A stretch of 64,000 nt of DNA, from the NCBI GenBank assembly GCA_000165425.1, contig CT868374.1, positions 1 through 64,000 on the forward strand, read 5' to 3'. Every line of letters starts with the position of its first letter. The stretch's first letter is position 1. Of the stretch, positions 13,400 to 25,866 are shown piece after piece. The translations under genes and the position numbers were made by a program. Source of the DNA: Paramecium tetraurelia (taxonomy: Eukaryota). The notes under the pieces were generated by a model. That model worked only from the letters and a program-made list of their open reading frames with translations, was not told the origin of the DNA and made no database searches.

Positions 13400-15623
13400 A
13401 TGAAAAGACACAGCATTGGAAAAAAGTTTACAAAAATAAAAGGATTGAATAAAACTGATCCTAATGCAATAGTTCCAGAAACTCCTAAGCTAATTGAAGA
13501 TTTTATTTAATCTCTTAATTCTTAGGGAGCTGTTATCAATAAAGTGAAATATGCCATTTTTTTAACAAAAAATGGGTTAAAATATCCTGGGCTTATTGGT
13601 ATTTAGTTTTTGTTAGGTTAGCAACTGAAAAAATTGTACCAAATGACAACCTTGTTATTTTACCTCGAGAAACATTATTAACTACAAGATAAGCATTTGA
13701 ATCTCCTTTAAAACCTATGTTTCTAGAATTTCCATAATTCTTTAGTCCTAAATTTATGCCCTCCTGGTAATACCACATAATTTTATCATTTTTACTCTAT
13801 GAATATTAAAAAGGTGCTGAATCAAAATGGCATTTATTAATCAATAATTTTCCAAAGGATATTGATTATGCAGTATTTTGGAAATCTGAAGATTTAGAAC
13901 TATTATAAGATAAAAAAATGGCCAAGCATGCTATTTAAAAGAACAGATATCTTATTACTACCTTTCAAACTCTCTAATACATCACTAGCAAATTTCCCGA
14001 TCTTTTTAAACCAGAGGTTGTTACTTTAGAAAATATTATTTGGATTTACACAAGTATTGTAACAAGATGTTTTGGAGGTTAAGGTTTGAAATATGTTACA
14101 ATGGTACCTTTTTGTGAATTATTTAATCATGAAAGCGCTGATGTTTGTTATGATCTTTAATAAAATGATGGTAGAACAAAATATAATTATGAATTTATGA
14201 CTTAAAAGTTAGTTAAAGATTAGAAGGATGATGATGAATTGTCAATCTAATCTTTTGACAATTCATAAGGTTCAGAAGATGAAATTAGTGACTCTGAATT
14301 TACAACTGGTGAGTATAATGATTACTAAGAATTTGATTTTGATGAATTTCATGAAATGGCAATAAAAAATTTTACGAATAATCTAAATCAAATGTTAGAA
14401 ATCTTAACTCTCTAAAATTAAGTTTAAGAAAATATGAGTCAAAAAATGAAAGTGATCTAAGAATTTTCAATAAGAATGAGAAAAGAATTAAATATTAAAC
14501 TAAATATACAAAGAGATATTTTCTAATTAGCTATAGACTGTAAATCAATGCTATTTTAACACCTTGATTTTGGGGATAATTTTTCTATATTTTTTATCGG
14601 ACAGATTTTCAATATTTTGGATAATTCACTTAAAGAGTATTTTGAAGAACAGATATCTTCATTTAAGGCTAGAGAAATCTTTGCTAGAATGGAACAAATT
14701 TGTAGTAGTTATTTAGATAATTGGTATGCTTTTAATAATGTTGTTAAAAAAAGCCCTATCCAATAGAAAGTCAATACATTTTCATAAAAATTAGGTTAGA
14801 GACCGATAAAAGTTTTACCAACAGTTGAATCAATTTTAAAATAGCCAGTTGATCGTAGTGCCAATTATTATTAAAATGTTTGGGAAAATGAAAATTTCAA
14901 AAATCTATTAATGAGAACAAGAGATTACTTTGAAAAAGGATCATAAGTGTATTTCTGCTATAGTTAATTGTCAAATAGAATGATGATTCTCAAATATGGA
15001 ATGGCTTTGGAATACAATAAATTCAACAGTTCTTTTTTGAGGGTTGAGTATCTAAAATATCTTTAGACAAAGGAGGCTTAATGGATTGTTCATAGATTTA
15101 AATTAGATAAATTTAAAAGATTTAAGTTAAAATTTATCAAACCTCCTTATGAGTTGATAATATTTTGTAAATTAGTCTATTGGTATAATAATAAAAATAT
15201 AATTAGGGATATAAATATACATTCTGTGGATACTATTTTTAAGATATAAAACCTGAAATTAGAAATAAAAGCACTTAATTTGGCACTTGAAATTTTAGTT
15301 GAAGAAAATTCAAAATTCACAGATAAAATCGAAGTCCTTGAAAAATAACTTTATGATAAATCCTTAGGGTACCATGAATATTTTGCTCTAATCTACAGAT
15401 TAGAAAGATTAAGAATCTTTAGTTATAATATTAAGTATTTAAAAATATTGAAAATAGCTTAATCAATATTATGATAATTGTTATTGATAAAATCATAAAT
15501 AGAGTACCATTTGAATAGGCAATAGAGAAAACATAGTTTGATTTCGATTATTATCTAACAAATCGTTACACTTTAAAGAGATATTTTGATGAATTGAAAT
15601 GTTCTCTATATGAATCATCATGA
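13400..15623 (+). CDS. SET-domain lysine methyltransferase, Rubisco-LSMT/SETD3/SETD6-like
   Basis: LLYEYQKGAESKWHLLINNFP, WIYTSIVTRCFG, MVPFCELFNH, GSQVYFCYSQLSNRMMILKYGM and a helical C-terminal region. Tiny introns. Confidence 0.85.
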
Positions 15624-17139
15624 TTTATTTTAGTGCTAAGATATACATAAATTATGAATTTACAGATATAGGAAATTAAGAATCTCAAAATAATCGAATA
15701 TCTAATCTACTAAATATATGTCTTTAATTGAGTTATTTATTTTCCTAATTTAATTAAGTTAATTATATCAACAATACTTTCAACTATAATAGAGGCATAC
15801 ATAATTCTCTTTGATTTAAATCACCAAAAATATTGTGTCTTGATGTAAATCCGATATTGTGATTTTAGAGATCATAATGCGTTTTTTATAAAAGATTCAT
15901 TAGTTTGCATTCAAATTTTTTATCAAATATATAAATAAGTTTTGAGTGTATTTTATCTAAAATTTTCTTAAATAGCATTTCTAAATTGGTGGCCATATCC
16001 ACACTAAACTTGTATTGTTCACCAAGTCTAAATAATCATTTGTATTTCAAAAAATTGCAAGCATAAAATCAATATAATGAGAATGTTAAAATGGCACAAG
16101 ATTTGCACAAATTGTTGTTATTTATAATTGAAAAATAATCCGAAAATTTATCATGACAATCTACTTTAACAAAGGATAAAAAATAAGAAAATACCCAACA
16201 TTTTTTTAATAAATAATAGATGATAGGATAGAGTTTTGAGAATTATATATTTGCATTAAAACATAGAATTGACTATTAATTTAATAAATTATAATGAATT
16301 ATTTTTGAGAATTAATGTTATTATAATTATTATTCAATTTTACAAAATAAATAAAATTTATATTTAGGCATTTGATTTTTCTTGATTTCTCTTTATTTAT
16401 TTAATAATTATCCTTTTGTTATTAACATGATTAAGAATATATCTTCTTTTAAAAATATAATTAGTTATTTAGAAAATAAAAATATTTGACAAATTATATT
16501 GTTTGATTGAAATATATCTCTTTTTAAATCTTGTACACACCCTATTTTTATCCTTACAAATCTCCTTTTTCTCTTCCTCTTATTACAAATTATCTGATAA
16601 CATTTTTTCAATTCATCGCTCGTTAAATTTTTATTTCAATGCTGCGTTTAATCATTATCAATATTTTTTCTTTTCTCAAACTTCTTGACGCTCAATTTTG
16701 TTATAATTTCCCTTTTAACTAAAATTTCTGATAGCGAATTTTTAGAAGTTAAATTTATTAGCCCAAAAACCCACTATGAATATCAATATAAATTCGTATT
16801 TATCACTTATTATTCATAATTTTATATTTTTGATAATTATTAATTAATTCTCACTCAAGATTATTTAGATTGGGAGATTTTATTGAATGTTTGAGAAAGT
16901 ACATACTTAATTTCAAAATCCCTGATCCCTCTAACATTTATATTTTTGATTATTAGAATAATTATTGTACCTAAAATACTTTAATAAAATGTTCATTGAT
17001 ATTTAAATTGAAAAGATCATAGTCTAAAGTAATAAAATAATGTAATTAAATTTTTTTACTTATTGATAGTGTTTAGAGATATTTATTTTATCTATTAAAA
17101 ATTAAAATTTGAATAATTATGTGTTTTTTATAATATTTT

Positions 17140-18303
17140 TCAAACCTTGACTTATTGGGCAACAATAGTATATGCTTATGTAATAATTTTAACTTCATTT
17201 TCCCTCTTAGCTGACCTTAGATTATAATTTGATTGGACTATTTCCCTCTCATTTCTATATTATTATAGCAAATCTAATGCAATAGGTAAATCCTTTTAGA
17301 TTTGATTTCTGCTTTTCGTAGATAATGCCTTTTTAGATGATTGAAATAATATTACATTTTCTTCATTTCTTCTTTTTAAGGTAACAATTGTTCTTGAATA
17401 ATCAGCACTGAGTCTTTCTCTAACTTCAGTGACTTCTTTAAGTGTAACTTCATAAGATTATGTAACTTTAGCAACGTATTCATTTGCACCTGCATTTATG
17501 CGTTCCTCTTGGATCTCGAATATTTTCAAGCAATTAAATAATTCTAGTAACAGTGGGAACATCAAACCTTAAATAAAATTTTGAAATACTTGGTAGTTAC
17601 AGAAACAAGTGCTGTAATAGGATGATTTGGTCCCAAAGAGTTAGCAAGTTGATCAACATACTATTTAGTGTGTTATTACGAGAGGACAGTTGTTTTGCTT
17701 TATTCAGCAAATACAGCCTACTAAAGTTTTGCAATCATTTCATTTAATCCATCAATAGATTTTATATTGTTTGTTGTTCTTTACTAAAAATAGATATAAG
17801 GTTATACTGAAATATTTTCAATTTCTAATTTATATTGGTTTCTGATATCTTCTTCTTTCGAATTCAAAGTTGATAATTGTTTTTCTTATGATTATTAAGT
17901 GCCAATTAGTTTACTAATATCTTCATTTAAATCTGCAATCTGTTGATTAAGTCTTTGCAATTCTTTAGCTAATTTTTCTGTTTAGATTTCCAAAATTTCT
18001 ATTTCGACATTCAATTATCCTATTTTCTAGTTAAATATATATTATTTGTACTTTGGCAAATTCTTGATCCTCTATTGTTTAATCTGAGATTAATTAATCT
18101 CTGATGCCTTTTATTTCTTTCAAAACTTCCTCAACATATGAACTTTATAACATTTTGAGTTCGATTAAACCAGCTAATTGCTTTGAAAATTCATTCTTGA
18201 GTGCCATTTTATCCATCTGTGCCATAACAACATCTACTTTAGACTACAATGAAGTTTGTAGAGACAATGTAATTAGCATAACTAGGAAGATGACTTATTT
18301 CAT
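17140..18303 (-). CDS. Trichocyst matrix protein-like secretory precursor (apparent frameshift near 17510)
   Basis: Signal peptide MKQVIFLVMLITLSLQ, then FSKQLAGLIELKM, VEEVLKEIKGIRDQL, heptad coiled coils, HPITALVSVTTKFDVPTVTRIIQLLENIR, and C-terminal YNLRSAKRENEVKIITQAYTIV. Confidence 0.7.
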
Positions 18304-18435
18304 GAAAAACGGTATAATAAAATATATAATAAGAGAGATGATAATTAGTCATGAAAATGTAAGAAACACTTAAGGATATATCAATCGATAATAAGTCTAA
18401 ATTTAATTGCCATATTTGATAGATATATAAATAAA

Positions 18436-20192
18436 TCATTTAGATGAAAACAATTTAATTTATCCATCTGCACCTAAAGATGCAAATAAATTGTAACTTC
18501 CATGATGAACTAAATTGTGAATGTTTTCATCATATTTAGATTGATGACCTTGTAGTTCCTATATAAATTGTTATCTTCTGGTATCCCAAACTCTAATTGG
18601 AATTAATATAAATAATTACTTTATAACATTACCCGTTGCAATATAGATGATAGTATTGTTAAGATTAGTAATTGCTGAAGTAATCGGTTCATTCCCACAA
18701 ATAATTTATGAGATTAATTTTGCTAAAGAGTAAATGAAAATTGATACATTGTTAAAGATCAAAAATTCTCAATTTACCATCATCATGAGATGAAATCAAA
18801 CAAGATTGCTAAAATTGTGTCAACTAATTGATTTGTGCTTATGAATTGTTTTCTTGTAAATATTTAATATTTTGCACATTTCTCCCATTCTCTGTATCAA
18901 ATATGGAGAGTAATGAAGAATTCATGAAACCTGATGCGAAGAGATTTGGATTATGTTATAACCAGGCTATTGCAGTAGGCGAATCAACAAAATGACCGTA
19001 TTGATTTTTCTATCCAAATTAATAGAGCTATTTGGGTTCAGTTTATGAGTCTTAAACTGGCCATAATTTGATTAGAGAATCGGCCGCAGAGGATAACAAT
19101 AAATTTTATTGTGAATTAACCTTTAATTGCCAAATTGCATCTTGATGAGCTTACCAAGTCATTTTACATTATTAGAATTCTTCAGTTTACCCTAATTGAT
19201 CGCATTCATCTGGCAATGGAAAGTACCACATTTTTATTGCTCCTTCAGCTCCAGCACTAAAAATAGCATTCTAGATTCCTTTAAGTCTTTATTCAATTCC
19301 AGCAATTGCAAACAAAGGCCCTGTGTGATCTCTTAATGTCAAATAAGGTTCAATTTAATTTTATTGTTGTTAATAATTTTAGTAATCCCACAATTTCAAT
19401 TGGCAATCTTCTGAAACTGTTGCTAAAATTGTCATATTATTAAAGAAATATGCATCTCTTACTCCATCTAGATGATGTCTCAAAGTGTTTTATAATTGAA
19501 CAGGATCCTTTGAAACAGTTTAGGGTTATTCCTCATTAATATTTTGTGATTTGCTTCTACTATGAGTTGGAAAACCACTTGTGCTATTCATATTGGTTGG
19601 ACTCTGTCTGCCTGAATTTTACACTATGGATGTCACATTTTAATTTGGTGTTAACATCACTGATGGTCTATTTGAATGTTCCATCTTAGGAGAACTTGGA
19701 GGCGAGAAAATCGATTGCAAGCCTACTTCTTATATTATTCTTAAGATTAACCAACTCATATTTACTTTTGCAATAAGGGTCGATAAGGTTTGGCTTTTCT
19801 TTTTGGGATTGTTTAGTAATTTTATATCTGACTCTGGTTTTCTATGTTTTCCTTGAGTAATTAATTCAAATAATCAGGAACTTATCCATTTTATTGATAT
19901 TTCAATCTTTCTTATCGCAAAGCAACTTCAAGCATTTTGCACCTTTTTCCCAAATCAGTTATTACTCTCTCTTAACCTTTGACTACTCCTTCTAACTCAT
20001 TTATTTTCTACTACATTTATGATTTCTCCAAAGCCCATTCACAATCCTTATATTAAACCTGTTTATGTTATTCATGCAAAAATTCCAATACTCCAACCCA
20101 ATTGTATTATGTCTTAATATTATGATTGAACTTACGTTTTATTGAGCATTTTTTTGAATCAAAGTGCTTATTGAAACCTACTCTTATGACAT
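18436..20192 (-). CDS. Striatin-family protein (STRIPAK scaffold)
   Basis: N-terminal striatin domain YNWVGVLEFLHEQ...EWALEKSQMQQKINELEGVVKGQERVITDLGKRCKMLEVALRQERLKY. C-terminal WD40s (TLRHHLDGVRD, IEPYLTLRDHTGPLFAI, FASLGADGQIKLF). Confidence 0.88.
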
Positions 20193-20534
20193 TATTATAA
20201 TATTCAAATTTAAATTATTACTTTTAATTACAAGATGCATGTTAATTAAACTGATAGTGAAGATGAATGCATATAAAATGGTAATCTGAGATTCTCCAAT
20301 AATCATAATTGATAATGGACCAAAAAATTTATGCAAATTGGACCCTCCTTTGTAGAGAAGAGAAAACCAAATCCAAAATATAATAATATACCAAATGTAT
20401 GGTTAAAATTCTATGGAAAGATAAATTGGGAATAAGTAATGGATAATTTAAGGAAATGAATTCATAATTCTATAGCATATATGTAAATTGAATAATACTA
20501 CTATTGAATGATACCATTTTATTAATATTTAAAA

Positions 20535-21980
20535 ATGAATAAATTAGAAATATTAAATAGTCCTAGATTAACCACTCAAACAGAACATGTCAAAAAATCA
20601 TTCTACAGCAGAGATATAAAAAGTGATAAAAATTTCGAATCATCTTCTTATCATCAAAGAACTTATAAAAATGAGGGTAGAAGGAAATAGAGAGACTATC
20701 ATACATAAACGAATATTTAATATAAGCAAATCAAACAAAACTAAATATTTTACAATCAGAAAGATAGTTTCATTCTAAAAAAGTGACTATCAAATTAGGT
20801 CATAATAAGACGATGAGTGAAAAGAAGAATTTATCTAAGTAAGTTCTTAGAAGAAACATCTCAATAAAGTCCCAGTGGGAAACGAAGAATCTATAGAAAT
20901 CCAACATTAGCTCGATTACATTTAGAATAAGAAGTGAACAGTAGAAAAATGAAACATAAACTTAGAAGGCATCTCCATTTTATGATACTTTGCAATAAGA
21001 AGACTGTTTTAGAACAAATGCAATCCTAAATGTCTAGTTGTCCGTTGAAGATGCTTTAAAATAATACAAACAAGATGGAATTATTGGAGAATGAAGATTC
21101 ATTTGGAGATATCATTTAAAATATGTTGGCATAAAAATTGTCATTTCTTTATGATAAATTTAAGCGAATAATGTCAGATCATAATCAATTATTCATTTTA
21201 GTACTGAGGTTAAAGAAAATTGTGATGGGGACACTCTAAATGAACTCATCTATATTATTAGATGATACTTTACAAACCATAATAGATAAATGTGTTGATT
21301 GTTAAGAATGTGACAGAGCTTCCTGCTTTATTGTTGATCAAAGCAAAAAGGAATTATGGACAAGTGTAGCTAACGGAACTTCAGCTACAATCCGTTTATA
21401 GGTGGGGCAAGAATAGCTGGGTTTGTTGCACAATCAAAAACTATTTTAAATATAGAGGATGCCTATAGAGATTAAAGATTTAATTCATAATAGGATATCA
21501 AGAATAATTATAAGACCAAAACATTATTAGTGTGTCCGATAATGGAAAATGAGAAATGTGTTGGAGTGTTGCAATGCGTTAACAAATAGAGTGGATATTT
21601 TACAAAGGATGATGAGGCATTGCTGCAAATTATGCGCGAATTTTCAAGATCGGTATAAAAAAATGCGATGAATCATGATGCTTAAATGTTAATTTAAAAT
21701 AAATTGAGACACTTGATAAACACTGGAGTTTTGCTTTAATCAAAATAAAATGAAATTCATCAATTTATTTAATAAGCAGAGGAGATTAAGATCACTAATG
21801 AATGTAGATTTTGCAAAAATAGTTTATAATGATATCCAAACCAGTAAAGTTATACATCTTAATAAAGAGGGAAAACTCGATGAATGTGACAACACGCTTG
21901 GTATTATGGGGAATTGCATTCAGAGTCTATCAATTATTGCTACATCAATCCTCTTTTCAATCCTAATATTAATATAAACA
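20535..21980 (+). pseudogene. GAF-domain gene (PDE-type GAF) with multiple frameshifts
   Basis: CDRASCFIVDQSKKELWTSVA...GQ/IAGFVAQSKTILNIEDAYRDQRFN...YKTKTLLVCPIM...VGVLQCVNKQSGYFTKDDE. Frame breaks near 20730, 21075, 21410 and 21780 that tiny introns do not explain. Confidence 0.75.
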
Positions 21981-22329
21981 ATTTAGTTATAAGAACATTT
22001 AAAAAGTAAAATGATAAAAATCAAGAACTCTATACTATTGACTAAGGAAATCCAAGATTAAGAAGTAATAATAAGATTTTGGTTTTATGACTTAAAATGA
22101 TTGATGCCTGTTGCCTTATGGAAAATAAGAAATGTTTTCAGAATTTGCAATCCTATATTATTGTAGATTTTACTTTGCCCATAATCAATTGGAAAAAATT
22201 TTGAAATGGCAAAAAACGTTACACTGTAACTTTGCCCATAGTGTCCAGGGTATGGACTTTAGTATAAGAAATTGAAACCATAAACAAAAAAATCAAAAAT
22301 AAGATTAAAATTTAATAAAATTAATTATT

Positions 22330-25300
22330 TCAAATATTAATCATAAGTGGTATATTGAATTAAAGTTTCTAATTTTAATTTTCCATTAAATATTTATTTG
22401 AACATAGTTCTTTAGATTATAATTGCATTTCTTAAATTATTTTATTCAACTCTTGAGTTTCTTTATTTCTATTATCTTCATCAGATAATATATCTATATT
22501 TTTTTAATAAAAATCAAAAAAAGCAGTCTGAATTTCAATGAGGCTTTGAGATTTGTTTAATTTTTAGACTAATCTTTTCAAATCTTCCAATCTCGCATTC
22601 TTTTTATCCACTTTATTAATCATTTATTTAACATCATCAATCTCTTAATTTATTTAATTTTCTTCTCTATCTTCATTAAATTTGTCAGTCTTTGAATATT
22701 TCTTAATTTCTTTTTTATAATATGAAATGCATAAGAAAAATCCTAAATATGCAGGTTACAAACTTAATAAAGAAATTTTAGATGAGAAACAAGAGGCAGC
22801 TTTTCTAAAGAAGTCACAAAATTGTTACATTTCTTTAGGTTGTGGTTGTTTTTGAAATACATTAGTTGTTGGTGTTTATGGATTAAATTTGTTTATGTCC
22901 TATGTATAATTTTGAGGGGTATATGAAATTGTAGCTCTAGCACTTGAAAATGAAGGTTAATTCAAAGGCAATTAAGGAGCAGGGATTGGTTAAACCTTCT
23001 AATTTGTTATTATGGGATTGCTATTTAATTATTGCTAAAATGGTTAAGTTTAGATTTTTTAAAATTCATTTAAGGTTTGACGTGGTATTGGTGGCTAACA
23101 TGATTATGTATTAAGTCTTTGATTCACAGTTGAATTTTAACTTTTCAAATCAAAAGAAATAGGTTTATTGGAAGTATTAGTAGTGTCTGGAAGGGATTTA
23201 ATCTTTTCTTATTAAATAATAGGATTAAAATTGGTTTAAGGACTTTTTTAAAAATTGGGCTGCTGAGCTTAAATAAATCCATTCTATTAGAATGGTAAGG
23301 AAGAGGTTGGAATTGTTGTTGTTCTCAATGCAGATTTCGATACTGTGTTATTGTCTGTTGGAAATTTATTAAATGTTGGTGGTTAATTAGGTAACTATTA
23401 TTGATTTTACATTACACTATTTATTTTTTGAGTTGATTATTGGAATTATTATGAATTGTTATTGGTTAATAAAAAGTTCTATATAGGTTGTCCTATTTAC
23501 TATGATTAAAATTATTATTATTGCTGCTATTAAAATGATTATTATTATTATAGATTCTATTATTACTATGAAGGTTTTTAATTTTGCTATATCTATTAAG
23601 ATAGTTATTCTTATTTTTACTATTAAGGTTAGAATTTTTACTATTGTTGAGGCTATTAATATTGATTTTATTATGATGCTTAATAGGGAGGCAACTGTTA
23701 AATTTGCTATTGCTACTATTAAAATTGTAATTATTACGATTATTACTATTAAAATTGTTATTACTGCTATTATTGTTATTACTGCTATTATTGTAATTAC
23801 TGCTATTATTGTTATTATTGCTATTGTTACTGCTATTATTGTTATTAAAATTATTATTATTGATATTAAATTTGTTATTACTACTATTATTAATATGATT
23901 ATTATTATTATAGATTTTGGGATTCTTAATCTTAGTTAGAATTAATTATAGAGACAATTTTAATTCTCGGTTACATTATGTCTTTTAAAGATTAATTTAA
24001 TGTTACCCAATCGATTCTTTCGTCTTAATCAAACTTTAACATCTTGTCTATTAATTATAAGAAATTATTGGAAAACTAATTTAAACAAAGTAATTACATT
24101 TTTGTATGGTTTTCGGCATGATACCGGGGTTATTTTCATATTCATTAAAATTCGCTATAAATCTTCTATACTATTTGGCTAAGATTGAAAATAATTGGCC
24201 CCTTCATAAACAAGTTAATGCAACATTACTCCCAGCTAGCGATAAATAAGAAGAATACCGAGAAAATATCACATTTATTATTATAGGTTTGAGCAAAGAT
24301 GATCTCTGGGGCAGTATAAATTGGTGTTCCTGCAAAAGTGGTGGTCATCTCTTTAGGTTGTTAGAGCACCTTACCAACTCCAAAGTCAATAATCTAGTTG
24401 ATAGATGATGCATACTTTGAGAATAGGCTTATTGGTTTGTGTATTGTATTTAAGTAAAATATTTTGAGGTTTTAGATCCCGATGAATAATATTGAATTTA
24501 AGTATATGAAGGTATCCTGTAACAATCTACTATAAAATATCGAAGACATCCTATTGTGATAAATCAAAAGATTTCTCTCTGAAATATTACTCAATGTTTT
24601 TATCACATTTCTCCATGATTAAATATGTAAATGGTTGATCCTCTTTAATATCTTCAATCTTTATAATATTTTCACAATATGGATTGTCCTTGATTATTTT
24701 GTATGCTTCTAATTCTCTTTGTCCTTCAATGTTATTGGATTCTATTTATTTAGTGCAATATTCTGTATTCTTATTAAGCAAATCGTAAGTTAAATAAGTG
24801 CATCCTTGATTTCCTCTACCTAAAGATTTTTAGAAATCTATGTAATATTATCTAGTATTATTTTTATTTTAGAAAGCCAAGAAGTTGGGTTATAATACTT
24901 GCATGCTAGCTAGATCAAACCATCTAATCCTATCCTTTGGATCATACACTATCATTTTCTCTAATAATTGTTTGAACGCCGAATCTATTGATTGATCTGG
25001 GACTCTAAATTTGTTAAATTTGAGTTGATAATTAAATTTATCAAGTTCACCTTATGTAATGGGATTGATGTGGTATTAATTCTTAAAGCACATTTAATAT
25101 AATATTAATCCTAACTAAATCTATTAAAAAATATTTACAGAATAAACATCACATTGATCATCATAATCAGCATTTTGAGTAATTTGAGTAATTTCAGGAG
25201 CCTTATAAAAAGGAGTTCCAAATGGCTCGTTCATTCTGGGTTATTTATAGGATGCTACTTCAAAATCAGAAATCTAAAGTAATAATTTGATATACTTTAA

Positions 25301-25700
25301 TGATAACATTGTTTGTTTCTAAAACCCGCTTGACCAATATAGTTCTTGGATTCAAATCTCTGTGAACTATTTACAAATTCTTCAAATGCATATACCCTTA
25401 CACAATCTATCCAATCATATTATAGATTTCTTCTTTAGAAAACCAATAACTTTATCTGACCTTGAAATATTATTCCAAAGTATAATCACTAGTTTCATTT
25501 TATGATGTTATCATATTATTAGCATTTAATGAAAAAGAGATGATTCTTGCAACATTTGTGTGAGGGTATTCATCTAAAATTTTCTTGATTTCCCTCAAAC
25601 TGTTACTTCTGTCATTTTGATTGCATGATCCCTAAGTTTGCATTACAAATTGAGCTTCATCTTAAACTAAGGCCTGATTATATTAGAAATCTTGGTTCAT
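22330..25700 (-). CDS. Tandem pseudokinase + Ser/Thr kinase with long Q/N-rich linker and helical C-terminus
   Basis: Domain 1: HRDLNPRTIL, DFE, GTPFYKAPE. Domain 2: LGRGNQG, YCTK, HRDLKPQNIL, DFG, GTPIYTAPE. Followed by a Q/N tract and a P/F-rich region. Confidence 0.88.
23400..23950 (-). repeat. Coding poly-Q/N low-complexity tract (TAA/TAG/CAA/AAT codons)
   Basis: tta/cta/ttg/att triplet runs on + strand correspond to Gln/Asn codons of the minus-strand kinase. Confidence 0.9.
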
Positions 25701-25866
25701 GTTGATTTTAATAATAATGATTTTAATAGAAATTCATTTATTTTATAAAATTCACAACATTATTGAATATGAAAAATTCTTAAGACGTCAATATTAAGCT
25801 AATTCAATTAGAAAATTAAGTAATATAAATCACACAATAAAGTAATTTTATCAAAATACATAAATC

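Noticed and set aside
22172..22240. 12-nt direct repeat with an internal actgta (IES/Tc1-like end) as a mobile element
   Set aside because: No matching inverted end or transposase found, and the motif is too short to be significant in AT-rich DNA.
23502..23939. Ile-rich 145-aa plus-strand ORF in the track
   Set aside because: Antisense shadow of the Q/N tract of the minus-strand kinase.
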